Below are positions 40,214 to 53,500 of a DNA stretch of 64,000 nucleotides, piece by piece. Position numbers and translations under genes: made by a program. Location: assembly GCF_001949145.1 (NCBI RefSeq), contig NW_019091359.1, positions 1,686,540 through 1,750,539 of the forward strand, read 5' to 3'. Position 1 is the stretch's first letter. Every line of letters starts with the position of its first letter. The stretch comes from Acanthaster planci. Taxonomy: Eukaryota. The notes beneath the pieces are model-generated. The model did not search any database. It saw only the letters and a list, made by a program, of their open reading frames with translations, and was not told the origin of the DNA.

Positions 40214-40777
40214 TTAATGTCTCGCCATCTTCTTGACCCAAACGAGGCAGACGAATTAATTATTCCCACCATCCTAAACATTGCCTAGGCCTATCGTGTT
40301 ACACTACTTCTGTCAGTTTTACTTCTTTTAAATTAATGTACGTTAATGCTATCAAAGTGATCTTGACATTTTCTAAAATCATTTTAATTTCTGTTTCAAT
40401 TACCAGAAAGCTAATTTATTGGACAATTTCGATTAAATGCTTGCACCTGACAAAGTATAAAAACACTTAAAAATAATTAAAATATGAAACATTTATTTAA
40501 AAAGGGAGTGTTGTTCAGTAGAAACTAAAATTGTATATTAAGACCAAAGTTCATTTACTTTTGACTGATTCGAGAACGCCTCGCAAATGATAATTGCAAC
40601 AATGTTGCTTAGCTAGTGGCTAAGGCCAGCTACAAACGACGACTTTCTGCTGTCTAATACAAATTTTGGGTCATTAGGCACGGCGGAAGTTTGACGTTTT
40701 GAAGCGGGCCTAACTTCAACCAGCGACAGCTGTGTCAACCCACATTGGTCGAGTTTTCCTGGTACCTGACCGTACTG

Positions 40778-41449
40778 TGGCGGAATCCTCCCCTAGACTC
40801 GCCAGCGTCGTCCACCTGGGGCAGGCGACTTCCTTCGGGCGAACCTGGGAAGGGTACGTACCCTGAGTAGGGCCTCGGCCGTCCTACGAGCGGTCTAATA
40901 AGAAGGCAAGGGGAGCAGACTCGTTGCGGGGAAGTCTACCACCAGGCACCGGGGCACACTCTCATGCGCTCACACGCACACCACACACGAACAAAGGGGT
41001 TGGATACAACCAACTAACGGATCAAGCCAAAGGACTCTGGGACAGACCGATGTACTTATTATTAGACACGTAGGTGCTCCCTAATTAGGTGTCAGTTCTG
41101 CTTCTGGGCAACGAACAACTCAACAATGACCAACAGGGCAGATTCCTCCTTCTTGCCTCCACTTTAGGGTTCCACTCACCCTGGTACACGGCTCAGCTCG
41201 GCTTCACTCGGTGCAAACCTAGTCACCAGAGCACAAACGCGGAGGTTGGGCGCAAGAGGAGCAGGAAAGTACGGCGCAGCGTCGACAGGCGTGCAGCCCG
41301 AGAGAGCGCTGCGACAGAAGGGGCAGATCGCGCGCAAGCCACGCGCTTATATACCCGCGCCGGGTACCAACGCCCAACACAATAAGTGTGCGCAACACGA
41401 CGAGCTTGAGCATGAGTACCAGCGTCCATAAACTTCCGTAATGGTTACA
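40778..41449 (-). mobile_element. Solo LTR (672 bp), probably Gypsy-like
   Basis: On the minus strand it reads TGTAACC...CCGCCA (TG..CA termini). 4-bp direct repeats ACTG flank it (40774-40777, 41450-41453). It is GC-rich relative to its flanks, has TATATAA on the minus strand near 41350, and carries no gag/pol ORF. Confidence 0.65.
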
Positions 41450-42275
41450 ACTGTCCAATAATTAACTGTCCCGCAACAGTATTTTAGGCATAGGTTACCA
41501 GTCAAAAATGGACGTGTTGAAAAATTGGCCAACACTGTCAATGGTGTATAATTATGTATTCGATTGCCTTGTGCGAGTTTCCTCAACTGAAATTTTGGAC
41601 TTTACTTTCCTTTGAAATATCCCCTCCAGATCTACGAATTAGGGAGAAAATGAATATTTGGGCAATAAAGTAAGATCCAGCTTAAAAAATACGACAATCA
41701 TCAAAATTATTCGCGTCCAGATTTGAGTCAAGTCGTTATCCGAGGGGTGTTTTCGTGGTTCGACCTCCTTAACATTAACCCTCAACTCTTCCAGCCCACT
41801 CTGAAGAGACGGAGAAATCAAAATAAAGAAAAGGAACAGTACAAAACAAAAGCAAAGGCCACTCCGATGTGAATTTAATGGAACGCAAAAGCAAAACTGT
41901 CTTAAAATGACGAAAAACGTCGCATGCGAATAGCGCCACCTACTGTCCGACGGTTTCCAAGTCCACCGGACACATATTTGCCTTTATAATCGCTGGCAAG
42001 CATACAAAACTTCCAGCCAATGAATGACGCGAAACGGAACGATCTCAACCATGCAAAGCCCAAATTTAACCACAATCAAAGTTCTGATTTGAAGTTTGAA
42101 TGTTATCCGCTTATTGCTCTTAGTTCACATTCGTACATTTGTTTCATCGATTGGATTTTAGGCAACAAAGAACAAATAGGCCTTTCGCGAGTTAAATTGG
42201 AATGAAATCTGGTACACAGAGTTCTTTAAAATCAGATAACAATAACATGACAATTGGAATTCTTCATACTGAAGC

Positions 42276-42447
42276 CACTGTTGCTATACCTCGTGATTCG
42301 GGGGCAAACTTTCCCTTAGTTACATAACAGACGCCTTATAACAATACACTGTTCTCAATAGGTAAGGGCACAAAGGAACCAGTCTATTCCAGAGATGGTG
42401 GTCGCTATGCAAAAGCTTGCCCCGAATCACGAGGTATGGCAACAGTG
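42276..42447. repeat. ~170-bp foldback (MITE-like) element with 31-32-bp inverted arms
   Basis: CACTGTTGCTATACCTCGTGATTCGGGGGCAA (42276-42307) versus the reverse complement of 42417-42447: 1 mismatch and 1 indel. No TSD evident. Confidence 0.7.
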
Positions 42448-44505
42448 TCTTTAGTCTGGGGAATTCAAATTATGTGTATGTACAATCAGATAACTAAGTG
42501 TACCAGATTTTATTCAAATTTAAGTCGTAAATGGCTTATCAAAGTGTACCTCGAAAACTGCGTGCACTCCACTACTGTCACATCGTTAGAAACTCAAGTA
42601 CTTTTTTGTCACATGGAATAATTCCATATAAAACTATTTTCATACACAGCAGCACAAAAGTTGATTCAAACAGGTGACAGAACTCATGATATGAGGTACA
42701 CAGCACGTTTTTACTACCTTAGACCCTTCCTACTTTTAACCACAAAGGTACACATCACACAGAATTGTTGACATTTGCTGTACACGTTTATTTCATTTTC
42801 TCGGTAATAACATCCGCAGCAAGCAAGGTTGAAACAACTTTTTTTAAAACTGACAACATCTCATTGCCTTAATTTAAGATATTTTCATATCATTGCTAGG
42901 CAAACTAATTAATGAGAAGAGGCCAGAACTGGGGAATCTAACGGTTATCCTTGCGAATCAAGTCATAAAATGAGAGAAGTAACTTTACCCTGTAGCATGT
43001 TCCTTGGAGAAAAACGAGTTTAATTTCAAATACGCATAAACCTGGGAATAACGCTCAACACATCTTTTCCTGATGCAAACACTGATTACATAAACTTTCA
43101 TCATTTTCGTTCTAATGTAATGAGAAATTCTTGTTTGTGAGAAATGCAACAGAAAATAATGTGAATCGCTTTTATGCTTTCTAAAACGTAAAGCCCGAAC
43201 AATTCCCCGACATTTTTTTCATCAGTTGACAAACAGATCGATTCACTATGGCCAAGTTTGCCATTCTGGACAAGGAAAACATCAGTCTGAAAACTGGTTC
43301 TGTGACAAACCTGACAAATTTAGGCTCAGTACGAAGGGATTAATTTCAGGAATTGATGGGATCGGCATCAAGCTCAGAAATGGACATGGGGGGCCACGGT
43401 AGATGTTTTGGTCAACAAAGCTCTGGCAACATTTCATGCTGGGGCTTTTTTTTAACAGAACAATAGAGGCAGAGTTTTGCCAAGATTCCAGTAAATTGTC
43501 GGGTCAAACAAAACGGTGTAGAGGAACCACAGAAGTTTTTACCAAATCAAAAAACTGGAAGCATTCATGTTGAGCACTGTATCCAGAGACGTAAGCCCAC
43601 TTTGTAAGTGAGGTGATCTAACTTTGTACTGTTTTGGATCAGTAAACAAATGAGGACCTAAGTTTTGGCCATGGTGATTACAGGGTGAGTGGGGCTGATG
43701 AGAAGTTGTGCAGGCAAAGACCAGAAAACACGACAACAGGAAAGGAAAAAAACAAGATCCTTGGAAGAAAATGGAAGGATTATTATCAAAGCACCAATTA
43801 TATCTGATATTGAACCAAAATGACTTTACACTGAAAAAGGAACATGTTGAACATTTTGCTGGTTCTTAAACAAAATATTAATTAGACGCTTGTGGATGTT
43901 TTTGGATGCATGCTGCACATATAGCTGTGATGGTAAAACTTCAAAGATCTTCAAATTCTGAATTAAATCTCAGACAAAAATGGGGCAAGAATTTCTTACT
44001 GTTGAATTGTTAAGACCAGACCTTTTTCCCCACAGAAATGTATTTCAGTGTCTGTTCCATTAAAAAAACACATGAAATAAATAAAAACCTAAATGCCATG
44101 TTGCAAAAGGTGCTCTTTTGATTTCTCTATTTTGGAAAAAAAGCCACGTTTTGACCTGGGAATTTATGAAATTGCCAAGCAAATGTCCTCGGATAAACAC
44201 TATCCAGCAAAAACTCTAATCCATAGCCACAATTTTACGAACAGTTCACTGTAAAGTTTTTACAGCAAGAACCAATTTTGTGACCAAAGAACACAAACAA
44301 TTACTACCATAAATATACCTCAATAGGGTGACTTTTGTTTTTTACTTTAACGTTGTTTAGAAGACAACAAGTTGTGTTAACCTGGTGAGAGGGACCTCTC
44401 TGAATCTCATCACCTGACACTAGAAACGAGCCATGTGACGCAGCTTCCAACCAACTGATTGGCTGTTTGTTAAGTCACATGACGAGCACTTTGGTAGCTG
44501 ATTGG

Positions 44506-47500
44506 CTAAAGGCGTGTGAGCTGCTGCCAGAGGCTTGCAGGCACAATACTCTCAATCTTCTCCAGCAGGAAGCTGAAAGGAGCCGACAGTGAAGACAGGA
44601 ACTGCGAACAAAAACAGCCGCACAAATAATTATTTAAAAATGAAAATTATTCCAAGCTGTTCCGTTAAATCGTGTTTCCTTGTAAAATGACCACCCTTGA
44701 GGATAATGCAAAATACTGGCCTTTCTGGTGTGTCAAATGCTATATTGTCGGACAATGCGGGCGATCCACTATCAAGTGTGCCACCAGGAGGTGACAACAG
44801 AAAGGCCATTTTTTGAAGAGTGCATTGTGGGAAATGGTTGACAAATGGTACTCCTGGCTGCGTATGGGGAACTTGGCATTATTTCCAATGTTTATTTGTT
44901 AGGGAAAATAAATCATTAAGCTTATTTCAAGTAGCAGCGTTAAGTAATCCTTTCTACTTTCTATTGCGTAGAATGTGCCAATCTATCAAACGTTTCCCCA
45001 AACTGTCAACTGACACATGCTCAAATGGAAGGACAGGCAGTAAAGCTTTGATCCACCGTAAACCTGAAACATGGCATCTCCATGGCAACATCTTGGTGGA
45101 GCAGTGCATTGTGAATCCTTTCTATTTAACTCCTGAGAGAAAAACTGGAACTAGCTCAAATTAGTTTTTGCTTCACTTTATGTTACAAGGGATGAGACAT
45201 TTGGAGCCAAGCAAAACAGAACGCTGTGTAGCTTTTAGTGCAAGTTCACTCCAAAAGGACAGCAATGACAAGCCAGTAGCAGAAACCTCGCAAAGAGCTC
45301 AGTGCCATCACTGTCAATTAACCAAGATTTGTAACAATTTATTTAGTTGGTCGATTTTTGTACGGCTAAAGTGGTCCACCTCCACCTTGTAAGGTTCCAG
45401 GAGCAACCCTCAGCAACTGTGAATGGTAGCCATCTTGCAGGGCAGCTCTTTTGTTCCACAGGGAAACCTCCTTTGTGCATACCCCGTGCAACAAAGGCAC
45501 TGTCCTGCAAGATGGCAGCCATGCAAACCCTCTATAGTTTGACTTACCGCTTTAGCGATAACTCCCATCGGTTCAGGAAACTGGTGAGTTAGCAGGGCCA
45601 GCAGCGCGGTGAACGTGCAGAGGCCGGCTGTGAACAGGATGAAGAAGGGGAGTTCTTTCTTTGGGTAGACTGACACCTCGTGGAAGGCTGGTGGGGAACA
45701 TGGAATATGGAGGGAAAAAAAGGATGGAAAGTCAATTGTTGGCTGTGAAGCCAATAAGATTCACATGTATTCTGGTACTATCCAAGTTTCACAGTACCAG
45801 TCTAAATCGACCCCAGATTTCTCACCAAAAAATGTCTTTGGAATACTCAAAACTTGATAAATTGTGGCAAAGAACTGCTTATATACAAAACTTAGGTTCT
45901 GAAGGATTACAAAGAATAAAGTGGTTGACATTCAGAAAGATGGATGTCAAAATCATCAAGGTTTTTACATTTTAGAACTTGCTATCAATTTTTCATGCAC
46001 TTGTTGTAACTGTTAGCTGTAATTCAAGAACATTCTAAAGAACCTGAAATCTATTTTACTAATTCAATTACAGTTCAAAGTTTCTGAGGCTTGTGCACTG
46101 CCTAACTACAGGGATCAACTGCTCCAGAAGTGCTATTACAAAATCAGAATTGGTTTCCTTCCACTCCAGCCAGGCTGGGTGTGAATTTCAATAAATTGGA
46201 TACGCTCAGGGATAACAAGAGACAATTTACAGGGTAGGAGCTCCCTGTCGACGCTTTCCGTGCAGCTGGGGTAAGGGTAGAACAGGTGGCCCTTCTCCAG
46301 CGGGCTGGGGATCATCCGGAACGTGCCCTCCCACGTGCAGTGGAGCAGCTGCAGGGCGCCGTCCACCCGCTTCCAGTGGGGGAGGTGGAAGAAGGTGTAG
46401 GCAATGGCCTCGCTGTCTCCCCGCTTCAGGATGTGCTCCGGAGGCAGGATGAAGCTCTTGAGCTCCAGCAGATACTGGGAGGAGAAGTGGGCAAGAGTTG
46501 TGGGATGACGAGATATCCACCGAACATCCGGTAGAGAAGGTTGGGACAATGACAACAATAAAGTACTATCACTTTTGGGGTCTATTCAAGATTCAAGATT
46601 TCTGATGCTTTTAATTTGAATCTGCTTGCAACAAGCCTCCATAATGCAATTTTTATCATTTACAACAACAGAAAATTTTCCCTTCCTTTTCATGAATTTT
46701 GTATTCAAATATTCAAATTCGAAAAATAATATTTGAATATTCGACAATCGATCAAATATTCGGTTATGCGGATATTCGGCACAGCCCTAGTGAGGGAAGC
46801 ACAACCGAACCGATAACCCAACGTGTACGAGGGAACCAAGGATCCTACAAATTCAAATTTCTAGACTTGCTTTACCTTTGGTACATGGGGGTTGAACTCC
46901 ACGGCTCTGTGAATGGCTTCAACGGCATTCATTTCAGCTGTGGTTAGGCCCCGCTTGGAAGCAACCTCAGGAGAAAATCTGCACAGTGGGAACATTTCTT
47001 CGGTTGTTACGTGTTGATTTTACGGCTATCTTTACACTGCAAATTTTCCTGGAGACTTATCCAGTGATCAGATTTTGAACCCATAACTGGGGTGGCGTCA
47101 CTCTCAGGCAGTACGTGAGGGTACGTGAGGGTGCATTAAATGCCTCATCGACAACTAAGGAATGCCTAAGGTCTAAGAACACGTCAATAAGTGTGGTCCA
47201 ATCAATCTATCTGCAGAAGAACATAAGGGAGATGTTGGTGGCACTGACAATCCCCAACACTGGCTGTGTGTGTTCCACACATGGCCTGGAAAATCTTCAC
47301 AAACTCCACAACACTGAAATCACAGAAACAACGCCCTTAGTTGTCGAGGAAAGAACAGACATTTCCAAAATGTTTTAAAAAGTACATTTTTCAATACAGT
47401 TCACCTGAAAGGGACGTCAAAAAGTATTCATAACAGAGGAAGAGAACAAAATTGCAGAAACTTTGTGTCAAAAAAAATATTCATTGCTGCTACCCTTTGA

Positions 47501-50500
47501 AAACACGTACGTCACGGAAGGTAACCACCTATGAGCTGACAGAAAAAAAATTCAGAAATCAGGAAAAATCCTGACAAATCTCACCCCTGCAGTACAAAAT
47601 GAGCAATGATAAAAATGATGGTTGAGAATTCTGTGGCTAGCAGACGTGTGAAGTCCAACCTGGACCCAATTTCATGGCACTGCTTTACAATCAACAGAAA
47701 AGTCATGCTTACTGCAGCATGATATTTTGCTAACCATAGGCACTCTTCCATGGAAGTGCTCGGTGTGGTTGGGCTAACGGTCATGTGCGCAGAGAGATTT
47801 CCACTGTTGCATCGTTAAGTTAAGCAAAGTTTTCTGCCGAGGGTAGCGTGCCTTCTGCTGCGCTTGCTGCTTACGATCTCTGTGAAATACACGGTGCCCC
47901 TGTCAGCATCAAATCTTGAGCTCAGCAGCACCATGAAATTGGGCCCTGGACAATTTAGCGAGTACAAACGAAATCCATCCTCGACTCAACTCACTTGTCA
48001 CAGACCGCCCTGGCCTTGAGCAAGGCGGCCGTGTAGCAGATGGTGGCAGACTTGGGCAAGCTGATGTCATCATACTTGGCCAGCAGTGCCTGCACGTCTG
48101 CATAGTACTGCATCTCCAGGAGAGCCTCAATCAGGTTCTCGTGGATTTGGAACATGCTTACGACCGGGAACTCTTTGATAAGCTGAAACAAGAAATCAAT
48201 CAGACGAAAAAATAAACTACTGGGCATTTGAGTTCGAGTCTGGAGCAACAAGAATGGTACACATGCACAAAATGCTGTATGTAAAGGTGGGGAAAGCCGT
48301 TCAATGTTCAAGCACTCTAAAAAATCCACACTCTTAAGGCACACGAGTAGTTTTCTTGGAAAATCAAATAAATCCCACAAAATCCACCACCGTGTGGGAA
48401 ATCAGTGATGGAATTTAATGGATCCGGGAGTGTTCTGGTACTGTAAGAGCTGTATGTTTTGTGTGATCACTGTTTTCACATTTAACTGAACAAGTACAAG
48501 TAATCTTTGTGTCAGAAATCAAGTTAACACTGTGAACATTCCAATCACTTCATTAATACTGGAAAGACTGAGGTCTCGGGGCAAGTAGGTTGCATTATTT
48601 TTCACAATCAGTTCAAGATGCAGTTCCACTTTTTTTTCGAAAAATCCAATTATGTAAAGTAAGTTGAAATGCATCAACTTACATCACGCATTATCTTGAC
48701 CGCTTCTTTTGTGCGACCAAGCTTGCGCATACACATTGCAAGACGACGCTTGTTGTAGACTAAGATGTTCAAATCTCTCCCTGAGTAAGATAAAAACAGG
48801 TAATCAATTCCAAATTTACTGAAGAAAATCCATGCTGAACAAGAATTTTTATGGAATTTTTCCATTTATTTCTGGAACGATAGGGAAAAGTCAAGTGCCT
48901 TGTTGATGGGGAAAGAGATTTTAGTTTTTAGGAAAAAAACTTTCAGGAACAGTGAGTTAAAGTAAAACCTGCCCATTCAGCTGGACAGTGAAAGTTTGCA
49001 CCGCCAGGAACCAGGGATGCTTCAAGGTGAGACAAGAAACACTACACCATAATGTCTTCATGATGATACCTTTCAAATTCTTTCCTCATACAAGTGTAGT
49101 GTCTCCATGGCAACTGCTATCAATGCAAAGCATTTTCTGTTCATATACACTAACCCTTGACTTTGCATTACTTGCTGACGTGAATGGTTTGGCTGTATGG
49201 GGCATGTAAGTAGCATGCCAGAGCAAGTCAACCTTGAAATTTTTTTTTTAAATAACATGTTTAACTGTTCGTACAATGAATTTCCAACACCTGCTTCAAA
49301 TATTTTTTTCTTTTTAAATGGGGTTTTAAGATTTTGCAAGCAAACAATTTGTGGAGAACTAAAGCAAACCCTTTCAGTTTCTTTAAAAGATTCTTTTTGG
49401 AGAAGGTTGAGCATTGATAGGGAAATCCACGGACTAAATCCAAAATAACTCCCAAACCAAACCACACTGTATGTTCGGGTTTCTCTGTTATCTCTCATGT
49501 TATCAATGGAATTCAGAAGATTCACTCACGGTGTATTTTCTCGTGCGTAGGGCTGTGGTGCTGCAGTTGTTGACTGCGCTTGAAGTTACAGTCAGCTGAT
49601 TTGAGCGCCTGTCGAAACAGTCGCTCGGCCTCAGCTATTGTCGTGCACTCCTCCTCCGCCAGGAGAATCAAGCAGCTGCACAACTGGCGAAGAGAATTGA
49701 GCGGGATTGATTAAAATGGAATAATTTCAAATACCGATACACGTATGGTGTAGTGTCATAGAGCCAGACGTGTCTCAAGGAGATGTCATTTTATACCATC
49801 AGTGTGGGAACAGATCGACAACCAGCCATTCCATCTGCATAAGAACTCAGTAATTGTATGATTTTGGATTTCCACAACTAACAACAGTATAACCGGGTCA
49901 CACAAAATGGGCCTTAATGCCCTTCTTTTACTAATTTGTACTTCTTGCTAGAAAGAGTAAACTGTAAACATCTTTGTTTAGATGAATTTCTCAGTTTGGT
50001 ATCCTGATAAAATTGGACACACTATGAGAACAGTTCCCACTTAATCAAAATACTGCACGATTCCTTTCAAGTTCCTCATCTTAAAGTGGTTCTGGTGACT
50101 TCAGAGTTTTTGTACTCAGCAAATAAACAAGAAAGAAGAGGCGATTAGCAAACAAGATAATATAGCCAAGATGTTAACAGTGAACAGAAAACGTGGTCTC
50201 TTTAAGAAAAATGCTTGATGGTGTGCTGTGCTCCAAACTCTTGCTAGTTTGGATTGACAACTTAGGTATGATGTAAATGTAAAGTCAAACACACGTTATA
50301 CACGTACATGTGGCATACAGTGACGGCAGATAATGGTCACCTGCCAATGCTCGTATTTTTTCACTACAGGTACATGTACGTGTACATCTCCAAGTAAAAT
50401 ATGTACTCATCAAAATGCAACACAGTTTCTGTGCACCTGTTTTCCTCTACAGAATACTAAAGTATGCCATAAAAATACTCTTAGAGCCAAAATTAAAACA

Positions 50501-53500
50501 TGCACAGCAGGCTGCTTGGCAATTTGGGGGAGAGCAAACAGTTCACTGTGACTGACAGCCAACATTAGGCTTGTTAGGCTTTCTGCCTTTCTTTGGTTTT
50601 TATTTCATTACAGGTTTGGGGGTTTTATTTGAGTTTTGTCTTACTTCAGTGGCAGCCTGTTCAAAGACTGACAAGTTCACCGTAATTGTTACAAGGAAAC
50701 TTTGAAAACAAATACCAATACTGATGTTAAACATATCCACATAATGCTAGTGAAACCTAACATGTACATGTACGCACAAATACTGCATGCATGTAATGTA
50801 CACTTCCTCTGGTGGCCTACATGTACATGTACATGCAATAAAGTGCTATAACCTACAAGTACAGTAAGTGTAACCTAATCTGACTTCTGACTCCAGAAAT
50901 CAAAGCGGACAGGTTTAATAAGAACACTGCTGCAAGCAAGCTACCGTTAAGCTTTTCAGAACGTCAGGCTAGAGAATGTGCGTTTTATAGATCTAACACT
51001 GCCTTCTCGTCTCGTCGATCATTTATGGTATATTATAATCCGAACGACTGTTGACATTCTCCTCATACTAAGGCAACAGCACCAAATGACCCCCTGGCAC
51101 AAATCTGCTGCATCCAATTTCTCAAGCAGTACGCCGCGTCTCTCTGCAAGTCTGAACATGAACTCCAATACTACACAGGAATCTGTCCCTCCCTCATCCA
51201 GGCCATTTCTAAAGCACCAGTTTAAAATTGTAAAAACTATCCTGTCTTCATAAAATGAATGCGCTGTCTTGTAACACAGATGAAAAGCGAACTTTCCACT
51301 GTGAAATGAATTAAAAACACCGAGTGACTCCGAAAGCATTCAATTAAACCTACCACCACCCGATAACCCAATTTCATTTCAATTTCTTGCATCGACAAAA
51401 ATTTTCCCATCGGGACAAATTTTGGAGGGTAAACAAACCGACCCACACCGTCAGAGGGAAGGGCTGGCATTACAACAAGCAGCTTGCTGGTCACAGACAC
51501 TTACTCCGGGGATTTCTCCAGGGCTTCGTGGGCTGCTTTGATTCGGTTCTGTGGGTTTCGCTCTCGCCAAGCTCGAAGCATCACTGAAACAAAAAAGGAA
51601 AAAAGATGCATGATCGTTTCAAGTGCGCAAGGGTGACCAACCCACTTTGGAATAGCAAATTTTTATGATTTTACTCTAAAACACAACAACCAGGATACCT
51701 GTCATGCCTATGCATAATTTATGGATATATTGAGTCTACCGTTCATGTAGTTAACAAAACTGGTGTCAGTATCAAAACTGACGATTCTCAACCAAAATGT
51801 TCAAGCCTGCCAGCGATAATTTCTTATTTCATTTTGAGCATTACTCCTCCCGGCCCTTTTTACAACTCAGGATGCCTCTAGGTTTCACAAATTTCACATC
51901 ATAAATATCCCTCATAAATGATAATAATGCCAGTTCAAACACACACACATACATGTACACTACAGTCCAACGGTCCCACCAGAACCTTCGTACTTTGCCC
52001 AGCGGGTCTTCCAGGATTTTTTACTCGGGATTGAGAGAGGTAGGGCAGCCACTTATTACCGGTATACTGCGCATCTTGTAAATGTATGGATCTCTATGCT
52101 CCTTGAAGGTTCTTCAAGTACAAACAATGTACACGTACATGTACATGGAAGTTTCTACGCACCGGTGGATGTTGGAGGATTTGGTGAGGTCCTCTAAAAA
52201 AAACTTGCAATTTAGGGTTTACCTAAAACAGGATCAAGAAGTACAGTACAACTAGGCCAATGAGCACATGTATGGGTCTAAGTGTACATTCTGTTTGGTT
52301 TTCAACAAAACACTATACAGTATTGTTTTCTGCCGTCTGTATTCTGGACAGGTGCATAGATTTTAACATTTCAGAGTACTGCACTGAAACCTGTGACACT
52401 GTGATCTTTGGGTGGTACCATCAGCATTACAACATGAATATGATGAAGTCCTAAATGTGCTCTTGGATACACACCCACATGTATGTACAGGTACATGTAC
52501 ACCAGCTCCCGCACCGTCGTTGTGGGGACATACACTTGACATTTCACCTATTTTGTGGGGACCAAAAATGTTGTGGGGACTCAGAAATGTCCCCACAACT
52601 CGCTTCAAATTTCCCTAACAAAAGAACTTGTCCCCTTAACGCAGTGAATGCCTACCCACTACTGTGCATAATCATGTGCAAGTACAACGTAATTGGATTT
52701 TAAATCACTGCAAATCAAGTGCCTCAGCATACATATGTACATGTAGCCTGATCGACAGCTGTCTCTGTTTCAGCAGTTCAGTGTTTTGAAGCACAATGTT
52801 TTGAGGTTGTAATTTATCAAAAATCACACTCTGTGAGTAATTTTGATGCCTTCCACAGCACTACATTTCTGACATCTCTCTGTGTGATTCATGCTCATTT
52901 CCATTGTAGCCACAATATTATTAATATACCTGTACAGTGTGTCTCTGATACCAGATAACACCAGATTTTTTCAGGAATTTTATTGGGGGGTACCCTTTTG
53001 CTCTATGTTTTCAGTACCAGCAGCTTTTAAATCATATTGGCAATACTTTAATTATAGTTACAGGTACATGTATCTCTTTCCTTTCAGCAAACCTTCTAAT
53101 GTCTGCCATTCTGTCACACTGTCCCATACATTTGCATTATTACATATGCATGTAAGCACAATTAAAATTACCACAGGATTTTCAACATGAATCCACCTCA
53201 TCATATTTCTATGATGCCACGCAGCAATGGTTTTGATCCTAACCAGCTCCATCCTCCAAAATCCTTCGGAGGGGGGGATTTTTGGATGACTAAAGCTGAA
53301 AGGCAAAGAGGTGTGACTGATTGCCAAAAATGCATTGTTTTGAACATGACATTTCTATGATGTCCATACAGCATGCAATCTTGAGTAACTGTCTGATGTT
53401 CGGCCATTATTATGTTGGAGTTGGTTTAATGCAGATCACGAGGTACACTGTCACGGCGTCTTGCTAAAAATCATACAGGAAATTAATGCCACACCGGGGA

